NCBI GenBank assembly: GCA_021734685.1 | Contig: JAIPIL010000001.1 | Span: 1 to 49,621, forward strand | DNA length: 49,621 nucleotides | Direction: 5' to 3' | DNA from: Minisyncoccota bacterium | Lineage (GTDB): Bacteria; Patescibacteriota; Minisyncoccia; Minisyncoccales; PWPS01 | Shown: positions 1-8,029 of the stretch, piece after piece | Layout: each line of letters opens with the position of its first letter | How positions within the stretch are numbered: the stretch's first letter is position 1 | The notes under the pieces: generated by a model | What the model was told of the DNA's origin: nothing | Database searches by the model: none | The model's input: only the letters and a program-made list of their open reading frames with translations | Made by a program: the position numbers and the translations under genes

Positions 1-127
1 AAAAAAATAAAAAATGTAATGAAAAAATTTCTGTTTTGGTTTGCCGTAGCGGAGCGGAGGCAAGCGGAAACGCACCTCATTATTCTGGATTCTGTTCAAA
101 AAAAGTTAGAATTTCAACCAAAAGGTA

Positions 128-282
128 CCGCCAATTTACAATTTCAGAGTTTTCGGAAGTTTTACGCACCTGCGGTGCGGTCGGCTCGCCTGCGGGCGAG
201 GCTGAAAGGGCTGATTTTGAAAGGATTTGCCACGCTCCGCGTGGCGAAAAAGAAATGTTTTGGTTTTGGATTTGGAAGTTCG
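128..282. repeat. Left copy of 155-bp inverted repeat bounding the serine recombinase gene
   Basis: About 97% identical (4 mismatches) to the reverse complement of 1790..1944. Contains two tandem mini-hairpins sharing a CTGCGG core (cgcacctgcggtgcg, ctcgcctgcgggcgag) and the palindrome gccacgctccgcgtggc. Confidence 0.85.
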
Positions 283-384
283 TTTGGGCGTTGCCCAAAG
301 CAAAACAAAGTTTTGCAACCAATCTTTTTTTGTTTCGCCTTTGGCGAAACATGGAAGCGATAATTTTTAATAATATTTTGACTT

Positions 385-2073
385 ATGACAAACTCAAATA
401 ATACAAAAGAACAAACCAGAAAGTTTTTCATCTACGCCCGCAAATCTACTGATTCAGAAGATCGGCAAGTGCGAAGTATTGGCGACCAGATTTCTGAATT
501 GAAAGAATTGGCGAAAAAGGAAAATTTGGAAATTATTGATACTATCGTGGAAAAACAAACCGCCAAGAAACCTGGTCGCCCCTTGTTTGCCGAAATGTTG
601 AAAAAACTTGAAGCGGGCGAAGCTGTGGGAATTTTAGCTTGGCACCCCGATAGATTGGCAAGAAATAGCGTAGATGGCGGACAAATTATCTATCTTGTAG
701 ATACTGGCGTAATTCAAGAGCTAAAATTTCCAACTTTCTGGTTTGATCCTACTCCGCAAGGCAAATTTATGCTTTCAATCGCTTTCGGACAGTCAAAATA
801 TTATGTTGATAATCTTTCGGAGAATATCAAGCGAGGTCATCGGCAAAAATTGAAAAATGGCTTATGGCCTCAAATGGCTCCGCTTGGATATTTGAATAAT
901 AAAGAAACAAAACAGATTTATGTTGATAAAGAAAAATCGCCATTTATCGAAAAGGCATTTGAGGCATACGCCACTGGCAACTATACTTTAAAAAATCTCC
1001 GAAAGAAAATCAACGACTTGGGACTTGTCGGCAAGAAAGGCAAAATGCTTTCCGTTTCAAATTATCAATATCTTTTACAAAATCCATTTTACTATGGACT
1101 TATCCGCTATGGTGGTGAATTTTACGAAGGAAAGCATAAGCCGATTATTTCAAAGAAACTTTTTGACGAAGTGCAAGAAGTGATGAAAAGGAAATCTAAA
1201 CCGCAGAAAGTGAAAAAGATGAAATTTTTTCTTTATCGTGGATTTTTTAAGTGCGGTGAATGTGGATTTACAATCACAGCAGATAAGAAAATCAAGAAAA
1301 GCGGAAAAGAATATATTTACTACTACTGCACCAAGAAAAATCCACATCACCAATGCACGCAAAATGTTTTTACGAGAGAAGAAAAAATTTCATCTCAAAT
1401 TAGCGAGGAACTTCAAAAAGTTTCTTTGCCTGATGATTGCGCTGATTGGATGATCAAGGAATTGAAAAAAGAGAAAATCCAATCCAGCAAATCATCAGAC
1501 TTTTTTGTTCAAAAGACAGAAAAGGAACTTTCAAAACTTGATGAGAAGTTGGAAAAACTAATGAACGCATATTTGGAAAGTGTTTTGAATATTAGTGAAT
1601 ACCAAAAAGCAAAAAATTTTCTCATCAATCAAAAACAAGTTTTGAAAGACAAATTAAACGCTTTTGAACTAAAAAGTAATAATCGGTTCGAACTCGCCGA
1701 CAAGTTTATAAAAGACAGTAAACAAGCCAAAATTATCGCTTCCAAAGAAAATCCCGAAGGGATTCGGGATTTTCTAAAAAAGATTGGTTCGAACTTCCAA
1801 ATCCAAAACCAAAACATTTCTTTTTTGCCACGCGGAGCGTGGCAAATCGTTGCAAAATCAGCCCTTTCAGCCTCGCCCGCAGGCGAGGCGACCGCACCGC
1901 AGGTGCGTAAAACTTCCGAAAACTCTGAAATTGTAAATTGGCGGAGAGGGCGGGATTCGAACCCGCAAGTCCTTGCGGACGGCGGTTTTCAAAACCGCTG
2001 GAATAGCCGTTATCCGACCTCTCCTTTTGGGGTAAATATTCCCCATGTCCAACCCCGGGTTGGACATGGGTGA
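385..2073 (+). CDS. Large serine recombinase (resolvase/invertase catalytic domain + recombinase domain + zinc ribbon + coiled coil)
   Basis: N-terminal YARKST(D)...RQ...GDQ...RLARN motifs with the catalytic Ser, a Cys-rich CGECG...YYYC...HHQC zinc ribbon, and a long coiled-coil tail. The ORF has no stop until 2073, so the last ~95 codons are read from the right inverted repeat and antisense tRNA-Ser. The functional C-terminus is probably near 1790 or earlier. Confidence 0.85.
   Translation: MTNSNNTKEQTRKFFIYARKSTDSEDRQVRSIGDQISELKELAKKENLEIIDTIVEKQTAKKPGRPLFAEMLKKLEAGEAVGILAWHPDRLARNSVDGGQIIYLVDTGVIQELKFPTFWFDPTPQGKFMLSIAFGQSKYYVDNLSENIKRGHRQKLKNGLWPQMAPLGYLNNKETKQIYVDKEKSPFIEKAFEAYATGNYTLKNLRKKINDLGLVGKKGKMLSVSNYQYLLQNPFYYGLIRYGGEFYEGKHKPIISKKLFDEVQEVMKRKSKPQKVKKMKFFLYRGFFKCGECGFTITADKKIKKSGKEYIYYYCTKKNPHHQCTQNVFTREEKISSQISEELQKVSLPDDCADWMIKELKKEKIQSSKSSDFFVQKTEKELSKLDEKLEKLMNAYLESVLNISEYQKAKNFLINQKQVLKDKLNAFELKSNNRFELADKFIKDSKQAKIIASKENPEGIRDFLKKIGSNFQIQNQNISFLPRGAWQIVAKSALSASPAGEATAPQVRKTSENSEIVNWRRGRDSNPQVLADGGFQNRWNSRYPTSPFGVNIPHVQPRVGHG
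1790..1944. repeat. Right copy of 155-bp inverted repeat; its outer end overlaps the 3' end of tRNA-Ser(TGA)
   Basis: Reverse complement matches 128..282. The last 6 nt (ggcgg/tggcgg) coincide with the tRNA-Ser acceptor end. Confidence 0.85.
1939..2024 (-). tRNA. tRNA-Ser (anticodon TGA), CCA encoded
   Basis: Hand-folded cloverleaf: acceptor ggagagg/cctctcc, anticodon loop tTTGAaa, long variable arm, T-loop GGTTCGAATCC. Confidence 0.8.
2041..2070. repeat. REP-like perfect palindrome CCCATGTCCAACC-CCG-GGTTGGACATGGG (copy 1 of 4)
   Basis: Same palindrome at 25827..25855 (degenerate), 48854..48890 and 49591..49620. The last two flank a RAYT transposase gene. Confidence 0.8.
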
Positions 2074-2076
2074 TTT

Positions 2077-2164
2077 TGGCGGAGGAGGTGGGATTCGAAC
2101 CCACGTGGGCGTTAACCCTGCACATTAGCAGTGTGCCGCAATAGACCAACTATGCGACTCCTCC
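2077..2164 (-). tRNA. tRNA-Ser (anticodon GCT), CCA encoded
   Basis: Acceptor ggaggag/ctcctcc, anticodon loop ctGCTaa, long variable arm, GGTTCGAATCC T-loop. Confidence 0.8.
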
Positions 2165-2240
2165 ACTGAATAACGGATTTATTATATCTTAATTTCCATA
2201 TATTTTCAAATATTTAATGATACAAGTTGGATTTAAAGAA

Positions 2241-2268
2241 CTGGATTCCCGCTTTCGCGGGAATGACA
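2241..2268. repeat. Conserved intergenic hairpin element CTGGATTCCCGC-loop-GCGGGAATGACA (family copy)
   Basis: 8-bp stem attcccgc/gcgggaat with invariant flanks ctgg...gaca. Nine or more copies occur in the window. Confidence 0.8.
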
Positions 2269-2276
2269 AGGGGTTT

Positions 2277-2305
2277 GGCACAGGTCGGACCTGTGCCATT
2301 TTTTT
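2277..2305. terminator. Invariant palindrome GGCACAGGTCGGACCTGTGCC + T-run (copy 1 of 3), intrinsic-terminator-like
   Basis: 10-bp GC-rich stem followed by T7. Near-identical copies at 21417..21446 and 24427..24464. Confidence 0.6.
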
Positions 2306-2323
2306 GTGTTTCTTTTGGAAGCG

Positions 2324-2352
2324 TTGCGTTTTGGGTTTTAATTATGTATAAT
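2324..2352 (+). promoter_or_regulatory. Candidate sigma70-type promoter for tRNA-Arg/recG (TTGCGT-17-TATAAT)
   Basis: -35 TTGCGT at 2324..2329, 17-nt spacer, -10 TATAAT at 2347..2352, 18 nt upstream of the tRNA 5' end. Confidence 0.4.
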
Positions 2353-2370
2353 ATGGTTGTTTTATAGGGA

Positions 2371-2444
2371 GCACCCGTAGTTCAACTGGATAGAACGTCA
2401 GATTGCGGATCTGGAGGTTGCAGGTTCAAGTCCTGCCGGGTGCA
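2371..2444 (+). tRNA. tRNA-Arg (anticodon GCG as read by hand)
   Basis: Acceptor gcacccg/cgggtgc, D-arm gttc..gaac, anticodon stem tcaga/tctgg with loop ttGCGga, T-loop GGTTCAAGTCC. Confidence 0.65.
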
Positions 2445-2448
2445 CACG

Positions 2449-4557
2449 ATGAACTTCTCTACTTCTGTTTTAGAAATCTCTGGAGTTGGCCCAGCCAACA
2501 AGAAGAAATTGGAAAAGCTAAAGATAAAAACTGTTGGCGATCTTTTGTTTTATTTTCCGCGCCGATATGAAAACTTTTCTCAAAAAAGTTCTGTTGCTTC
2601 AATCTATAACAAGGGAAAATACACTATTGAAGGAAAGGTTATTAAGACAAATACTGATGTGACGATCGGGAGGAGAATTGCTATTTTTGAAATAATTATA
2701 AAAGACGAAACGGGAGAGATAAAAGCTGTTTGGTTTAATCAACCCTATTTAAAAGAAAAGATAAAAGAAGGAGATGAGATTGTTCTTTCGGGAGCAGTTA
2801 ATTTTTCTAAAGACGGCTTACAATTTTCAAATCCTTTTTTCCGAAAGCTAAACTCTGATGAAGATGCTTTTGATATAATCTCTATATACTCCGAACAAGG
2901 AGCAGTCACCTCTTCTTTTCTCCGTTCTGTTATTAAGAAAGCTCTCTCTGGGATAAACATTCAAAACAAGGAAACCCTCCCTGTCGAAGTTGTTAAAAAA
3001 AATAACCTTCTTTCTTTATCAAAGGCACTAAACGAAGTTCACTTTCCGTCTTCAACTAACAGTCTAAAGAAAGCAAAGAGAAGATTTTCTTTTGAAAGAA
3101 TCTTTCTTCTCCAACTTTTCATACTAGAGCAGAAGATCGCCATCTCTAAGAAAAAGGGGGTTCCTGTTCCAGTTGATATTGAAAAAGTTAAAGATCTTGT
3201 TGACGGCCTTCCGTTTACCTTGACCGATGCTCAAAAAAAGGCGTCTTGGCAGATTCTTAAAGATATAGAGAAAAACACTCCGATGAACCGTCTTCTTGAG
3301 GGAGATGTTGGTTCTGGAAAGACGATTGTTGCAACAATCGCTTCTCTCGCGGTAATAAAAGCTGGTTATCAGGTTGCGCTGATGGCTCCAACGGAAGTTC
3401 TCTCAAGGCAACACTTTGATGAGATAGCAAAACTACTCTGGCGTTTCAAGATTGATATCGGTCTTCTTACCGGAAAAAAAGATAAGATAAGGTCAAAAAG
3501 ATTAAAGGGAGATACTTTTGAAGTCTCCAGGGAAAAGCTTCAAGAAAAAGTGGAAGAAGGAAAGGTGGACCTGTTGGTGGGAACTCACACCTTAATACAA
3601 GACAAAGTGAAGTTTAAAAATCTTGCTCTTGTTATTGTTGATGAACAACAAAGATTTGGGGTAGAACAGCGAGCAAAACTGTGCTTAAAAAAAGATTCTT
3701 TTATTCCTCACCTCCTCTCAATGACTGCAACTCCGATCCCAAGAACCCTTGCCCTTACCCTTTACGGCGATCTTGATCTCTCGGTTATTGATGAGATGCC
3801 CGAAGAAAGAAAACCGATAATAACTGAGCTGGTCTCTCCCAAAAAAAGAGAGGATGCTTACCTGAAGATAAAAGAAGAGATAAAGAAAGGAAGGCAGTGC
3901 TTTTTCATCTGTCCGCGGATTGAAGATCCTGACAAAAAACCTGCTGATGGAAAAAAATCACCGTGGGCAAACTTGAAATCAGTTGAAAAAGAGAAAGAGA
4001 GGCTTGCAACAGAAGTTTTTCCAGAATTTAAAGTTGAAGGGCTACACGGAAAGATGAAGAACTCTGAGAAAGAGAAAGTGATGAAAGATTTCAGAGATAA
4101 AAAGATAGATCTTCTTGTTTCAACTTCTGTTATAGAAGTCGGGGTTGATGTTAAAAACGCAAGCATAATGGTCATTGAGGGCGCGGAGATGTTTGGCTTA
4201 TCACAACTTCACCAGTTTCGGGGAAGAGTTGGAAGAAGTGATATTCAGTCATACTGCTTTTTGTTTACAAGTTCGTGGAACGAGAAGATAAAACAACGAT
4301 TAAAAGCACTTTTAACTTCAAAAAACGGATTTGAGTTAGCAGAAAAAGATCTTGAGATAAGAGGCCCCGGTGATTTTATCGGGAAAAAGCAGTGGGGGTA
4401 TGATGACTTCACGATGAAAGCCTTGAAAGATCCTGTCTTGGTTGAGAGTGCGAGAGAAACAGCGAAAGATATTCTTGAGGAAGATCCCGGTTTAAAGAAA
4501 AACTCTCTTTTGAGAAAGAGAGTTGATCTACTAAAGAGAAAGATACATCTTGAGTAG
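2449..4557 (+). CDS. recG: ATP-dependent DNA helicase RecG
   Basis: N-terminal wedge/OB domain, helicase motif I GDVGSGKT and motif II VDEQQRFG, C-terminal helicase domain. Start set to ATG 2449, because the GTG at 2440 overlaps the tRNA. Confidence 0.85.
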   Translation: MNFSTSVLEISGVGPANKKKLEKLKIKTVGDLLFYFPRRYENFSQKSSVASIYNKGKYTIEGKVIKTNTDVTIGRRIAIFEIIIKDETGEIKAVWFNQPYLKEKIKEGDEIVLSGAVNFSKDGLQFSNPFFRKLNSDEDAFDIISIYSEQGAVTSSFLRSVIKKALSGINIQNKETLPVEVVKKNNLLSLSKALNEVHFPSSTNSLKKAKRRFSFERIFLLQLFILEQKIAISKKKGVPVPVDIEKVKDLVDGLPFTLTDAQKKASWQILKDIEKNTPMNRLLEGDVGSGKTIVATIASLAVIKAGYQVALMAPTEVLSRQHFDEIAKLLWRFKIDIGLLTGKKDKIRSKRLKGDTFEVSREKLQEKVEEGKVDLLVGTHTLIQDKVKFKNLALVIVDEQQRFGVEQRAKLCLKKDSFIPHLLSMTATPIPRTLALTLYGDLDLSVIDEMPEERKPIITELVSPKKREDAYLKIKEEIKKGRQCFFICPRIEDPDKKPADGKKSPWANLKSVEKEKERLATEVFPEFKVEGLHGKMKNSEKEKVMKDFRDKKIDLLVSTSVIEVGVDVKNASIMVIEGAEMFGLSQLHQFRGRVGRSDIQSYCFLFTSSWNEKIKQRLKALLTSKNGFELAEKDLEIRGPGDFIGKKQWGYDDFTMKALKDPVLVESARETAKDILEEDPGLKKNSLLRKRVDLLKRKIHLE

Positions 4558-4565
4558 ATTAAATG

Positions 4566-4640
4566 TGACCCCAAGGGGATTTGAACCCCTGTTACTAGGA
4601 TGAAAACCTAGCGTCCTAGACCAAGCTAGACGATGGGGCC
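4566..4640 (-). tRNA. tRNA-Glu (anticodon TTC)
   Basis: Strong resemblance to canonical tRNA-Glu (GGCCCCATCGTCTAG...TTTTCAT...GGGGTTCAAATCCCC). Confidence 0.8.
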
Positions 4641-4714
4641 GTCAGCTTCCAAAAATGCGTTACTATTTTAATATAAATTACTAAAAAAAACAAGAGGGAG
4701 GGAGAAATCCAAAA

Positions 4715-4742
4715 CTGGATTCCCGCTTTCGCGGGAATGACA
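4715..4742. repeat. Conserved intergenic hairpin element (CTGGATTCCCGCTTTCGCGGGAATGACA)
   Basis: Identical to the copy at 2241..2268. Confidence 0.8.
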
Positions 4743-4909
4743 AAGGAGGGGGAAGGAATGACACTCCGTCGTCATTGCGAGGGCTTTAGCCCGTGGCAAT
4801 CTCTCGTGGACTGCAAGAATGATGAGATTCTTCAGTCGCTTCGCTCCTTCAGAATGACGGGGAAGAAAGTCAAAGGTCAATTGTCAAAGGTTAACTATCA
4901 AAACAAACT

Positions 4910-6043
4910 ATGATTATTTTAGCTGTTGAAACTTCTTGTGATGATACTGGGATTGCTTTGTTGAAGAAAGACAAAGGGAAAGTTGAGACTATTGCCAGTG
5001 TTGTTTCGTCACAGAATGAAGTTCATGAAAAGTGGGGAGGGGTTTATCCTTCCGAAGCAAAAAGGGAACATCAGAAAAATCTTATCCCAGCTTTGACTGG
5101 TGTTCTTAAAAAAAGTAATTTTCTTGAAGAGGGAGAAACGCCTGAACACCCTGAGATAGAAAACATCTTATGGAGAGAGACCACCCTTCTCTCTAACTTA
5201 AAAGATTTTTTGAAAAAATATCGTGTTAAAAAGATTGATGCTATCGCAGTTACTGTCGGACCCGGACTAGATCCTTGTTTGTGGGTTGGAGTTAACTTTG
5301 CAAGAGCTTTTTCTCTGTGCTTGGATCTTCCTATTGTCCCCGTTAATCACATAAAGGCACACATCTCTTTCTTTCTTTTTTCCGATAAAAATGTTGCTTT
5401 TCCAGTGGTTACTCTTATTGCAAGCGGAGGGCACACAGAACTTGTTCTGATGAAAGATATTAACTCTTATCAGGTTCTTGGAAGAACAAGAGATGATGCT
5501 GCGGGAGAGTGCTTTGACAAATCGGCAAGAGTTCTTGGACTTGGATATCCGGGAGGACCAAAGATCGCAGCTGAAGCTGCTAAATTTTCAATTTCCAATT
5601 CTCAATTTTCAATTAAACTGCCTCGGCCGATGAAGTATTCTGATGATTATGATTTTAGCTTCTCAGGGCTTAAAACTGCTGTTTTGTATGATTACCGCTC
5701 AAGAGATAAAGAAACGCAACAGAACAAAGAATACATCGCTTTAATGGCAAAAGAAGTTGAAGAATCAGTAACTGATGTTTTAATCTTCAAACTTGAAAAA
5801 GCAGTAAAAGAGCATAACGCAAAAACGGTAATTATCGGAGGAGGAGTTACAGCAAACAAGACTCTTCAAGAAAAAGCAAAAGAGATGACTTTGAAATTTG
5901 AAGGAGTTGAACTTCTCACTCCTTCAGTTAATCTTGCGACAGATAATGCAGAGATGATAGGTGCAACGGCGTTTATGTCAAAAGAGAGAAAAAACTACAA
6001 AGAAGTTGAGGCAAAGCCCAACTTAAAGATCTCCGATAATTAG
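4910..6043 (+). CDS. tsaD: tRNA N6-adenosine threonylcarbamoyltransferase TsaD (Kae1/YgjD family)
   Basis: N-terminal ILAVETSCDDTGIAL and an ASGGH..L metal-binding region. At 377 aa it is somewhat longer than typical, with insertions. Confidence 0.8.
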   Translation: MIILAVETSCDDTGIALLKKDKGKVETIASVVSSQNEVHEKWGGVYPSEAKREHQKNLIPALTGVLKKSNFLEEGETPEHPEIENILWRETTLLSNLKDFLKKYRVKKIDAIAVTVGPGLDPCLWVGVNFARAFSLCLDLPIVPVNHIKAHISFFLFSDKNVAFPVVTLIASGGHTELVLMKDINSYQVLGRTRDDAAGECFDKSARVLGLGYPGGPKIAAEAAKFSISNSQFSIKLPRPMKYSDDYDFSFSGLKTAVLYDYRSRDKETQQNKEYIALMAKEVEESVTDVLIFKLEKAVKEHNAKTVIIGGGVTANKTLQEKAKEMTLKFEGVELLTPSVNLATDNAEMIGATAFMSKERKNYKEVEAKPNLKISDN

Positions 6044-6179
6044 AGAGACTACTTTTCTATTTTTTTAACCATCTCAATAATTTGTTTTCTAAATAAAACG
6101 AAGGTAAGAATGGTTAAAAGGAGAGGGATGAGGATGTAGGTTGTGAACATCTTTATTAATTTTGAATTTTGAATTTTTT

Positions 6180-6208
6180 CTGGATTCCCAGTCAAGCTGG
6201 GAATGACA
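6180..6208. repeat. Conserved intergenic hairpin element (loop variant AGTCAAGCT), flanked by TTTTGAA and GTCAAA heptamer arrays
   Basis: Identical to the copy at 28280..28308. Confidence 0.8.
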
Positions 6209-6261
6209 AGCGGGGGAAAGTCAAAAGTTAAATGTCAAATGTCAATTGTTTTCAGGAATTT

Positions 6262-6642
6262 TTATAGTTCTATTTTTCTTTTCTTTTCTTTTTCTATTTT
6301 TGGGACTTCTATTGTTAGGATGGAGTCTTTTATGTCTGCTTTTATCTGTGATGGATCAAAGTCTTCGGGCATAATTACTTCTCTTCTGAAGTCACCAAAG
6401 TAGCACTCTTGAGTATAGAAGTTTTTCACTTCATCATCTCTTTTTGGGCACTCGCGGTGTCCTTTAATAACAATTGTGTCTTTTTCAGTAACAACTTCTA
6501 TGTCCTCTTTTTTTACTCCTGCAACTGGCGCTTGAATCACAATGTTCTTCTCGGTTTCGTATATATCAACAGCGAGTTCTCCTTCTTTTTTAAACCACGA
6601 CTTCTCTTCATTTTTTTTATCTTCTTTATTTTTTTTAGGCAT
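6262..6642 (-). CDS. Hsp20/alpha-crystallin family small heat-shock protein
   Basis: Alpha-crystallin domain pattern (AVDIYETEKNIVIQAPVAGVKKEDIEV...). The start is the ATG at 6642 (MPKKNKED). The longer ORF in the track would overlap tRNA-Leu. Confidence 0.75.
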   Translation of the reverse strand: MPKKNKEDKKNEEKSWFKKEGELAVDIYETEKNIVIQAPVAGVKKEDIEVVTEKDTIVIKGHRECPKRDDEVKNFYTQECYFGDFRREVIMPEDFDPSQIKADIKDSILTIEVPKIEKEKKRKIEL

Positions 6643-6679
6643 ATTTTTAGAATAACACTTTAAAAAACAAAAAACAATG

Positions 6680-6761
6680 TGCCCTCGAGAGGACTTGAAC
6701 CTCCAACCCTTGCGGGACACGGTCCTAAGCCGTGCGCGTATACCAGTTCCGCCACGAGGGC
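6680..6761 (-). tRNA. tRNA-Leu (anticodon TAG)
   Basis: Acceptor gccctcg/cgagggc, anticodon loop ctTAGga, long variable arm, GGTTCAAGTCC T-loop. Confidence 0.75.
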
Positions 6762-6790
6762 AAAGCACCTCTGTATTATAACAACAAAAA

Positions 6791-6826
6791 CCCCCAAAGC
6801 CAAGGGCTTTGAGGGCTTTTTTGTTC
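6791..6826. terminator. Hairpin caaagcc-aag-ggctttg with flanking T/A runs, likely terminator between convergent units
   Basis: 7-bp stem. T-run ttttttgtt on the + side and tttttgttgtt on the - side. Confidence 0.4.
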
Positions 6827-6835
6827 TAATTTTCC

Positions 6836-7201
6836 TTAAGAGGTTGTTCCTGTTGGCGCTCCAAGTAAGTTTGTAAGCAGTGCCACTACTCCACCAGCAA
6901 GAAGGGCAATCACAACTCCAATAAGAGCATATTTTACCCATTCTTTTGCTTTTGCAATTTTACCTTCATCACCACCTGCAGTTATAAAGTTAAATGCAGC
7001 TAATACTAAACAGATTACAACTACTATTAAAAATATTGTATAGACTGCTTGCATTACAAAATCAACAAAATCTTCTATATCACTCCAAGAAGTCCAAATG
7101 TCAGTAGGAGGATCTTCAAGTCCAAGTGCAAGACCAAAAGGCAGAACAAGCAAGCCGATTAAAAGAACTGATAAAAATGGTGTTATTTTTTTTATTTTCA
7201 T
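6836..7201 (-). CDS. VirB2/TrbC pilin-like small membrane protein (paralog 1)
   Basis: Signal peptide, then two hydrophobic helices joined by a short basic loop (FITAGGDEGKIAKAKEW). Same architecture as the N-termini of the large proteins at 38241 and 43676. Confidence 0.55.
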   Translation of the reverse strand: MKIKKITPFLSVLLIGLLVLPFGLALGLEDPPTDIWTSWSDIEDFVDFVMQAVYTIFLIVVVICLVLAAFNFITAGGDEGKIAKAKEWVKYALIGVVIALLAGGVVALLTNLLGAPTGTTS

Positions 7202-7245
7202 TTTATTTTTATTGTTTTAATAAAAATCAACGACCTTTATTATAT

Positions 7246-7641
7246 TTATACCCTCTCTAAATTAATAATATAATCATCATTATCACAAGTCAAGTATTCT
7301 TCATAAATAGAAGAAGTTTCTTCGTATGTTAAAAGATTTTCAATCAGTGTTTGCATTCCTCCAGCAAGAAGGGCAACGGCAACCCCGATAACTCCGTAGA
7401 AAACCATCTTTTTTGCTTTTTCAAACTTAGTTGGATCCCCAGCTGCGGTAAGAAAAGTTATTCCAGCAATTACAAAAAAGATAACGGCAACTCCACCAAA
7501 AATTGCCCATAAAAATTTTGCAAAGTTGTTTATTATCTCAACAACATCATCTCCGGTTTCAATTATCGGATCATCAGCCAAAACAAGCAGTGGAGAAAAA
7601 GCAAGCAGTCCAATAAACAAAAAAGTTGTTATTTTTTTCAT
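7246..7641 (-). CDS. VirB2/TrbC pilin-like small membrane protein (paralog 2)
   Basis: Signal peptide plus TM-loop-TM with LTAAGDPTKFEKAKKMV...LLAGG. Confidence 0.55.
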   Translation of the reverse strand: MKKITTFLFIGLLAFSPLLVLADDPIIETGDDVVEIINNFAKFLWAIFGGVAVIFFVIAGITFLTAAGDPTKFEKAKKMVFYGVIGVAVALLAGGMQTLIENLLTYEETSSIYEEYLTCDNDDYIINLERV

Positions 7642-7645
7642 ATTT

Positions 7646-8029
7646 TTAAATTAAATAATCTTCATAAATAAAAGCGTCAGGGTCAGGGTCAGCTTCTTCA
7701 ACTCCGATCACATCTTTAACAACAAGAATAATTCCGTTGGCAACAATTATTATAGTAAGCCCAATCACTGCCCACTTTATAAGATTTGTTGCTTCTTTTG
7801 CTTTTCCTGGGTCTCCTCCAGCAAAGAAAAACTTAAAACCACCCCAGATAAAGATAATCGGGGCGATTGCAAAAGCAACCATTGTTATAAAAGAAACAAC
7901 AGCACTTATTATAGCTTCTATAGAATCATATTCTAGTGGATTATCAATTGTAATAGGGTCGCCAAAAACTAAAAGCGGCACTAAGGAAAAAAACAAAGTG
8001 AAAATTAATATCTTTTTATTTTTTTTCAT
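7646..8029 (-). CDS. VirB2/TrbC pilin-like small membrane protein (paralog 3)
   Basis: Start set to MKKNKKILIF (ATG 8029). Motif FFAGGDPGKAKEATNLIKW between two TM helices. Confidence 0.55.
   Translation of the reverse strand: MKKNKKILIFTLFFSLVPLLVFGDPITIDNPLEYDSIEAIISAVVSFITMVAFAIAPIIFIWGGFKFFFAGGDPGKAKEATNLIKWAVIGLTIIIVANGIILVVKDVIGVEEADPDPDAFIYEDYLI

Noticed and set aside
19-431. Overlapping ORFs on both strands (19..363, 36..401, 80..352, 136..318, 162..431) upstream of the recombinase
   Set aside because: They lie entirely within the left 155-bp inverted repeat. Their translations mirror the tail of the recombinase ORF read through the right repeat. They are artefacts of the repeat, not independent genes.
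385-2073. Small DNA invertase (Hin/Gin-like) controlling an invertible segment
   Set aside because: The protein is at least 460 aa with a recombinase domain, zinc ribbon and coiled coil, the hallmarks of large serine recombinases. Hin-type invertases are about 190 aa with a C-terminal HTH. Inversion of the segment itself remains possible.
1733-2149. 138-aa ORF on the - strand
   Set aside because: It is antisense to the right inverted repeat and runs through two tRNA-Ser genes and the REP palindrome. It is not a plausible CDS.
2440-2448. GTG start for recG at 2440
   Set aside because: It would overlap the last bases of tRNA-Arg. The ATG at 2449 gives an N-terminus typical of RecG.
4668-4880. 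70-aa - strand ORF between tRNA-Glu and tsaD
   Set aside because: It is composed of the hairpin repeat and the dispersed TCGCTTCGCTCC repeat. It is treated as non-coding.
6203-6941. Small ORFs 6203..6403, 6409..6663, 6660..6941, 6679..6876
   Set aside because: They overlap the Hsp20 gene antisense, the tRNA-Leu and the repeat arrays. They show low-complexity translations with no homology signal.
8016-8029. 14-bp overlap between the methyltransferase 3' end and the pilin-like gene start
   Set aside because: It is not treated as an error. Short same-strand overlaps are common in compact genomes. The alternative pilin-like start at 8062 would lengthen the overlap and adds a non-signal-peptide N-terminus.
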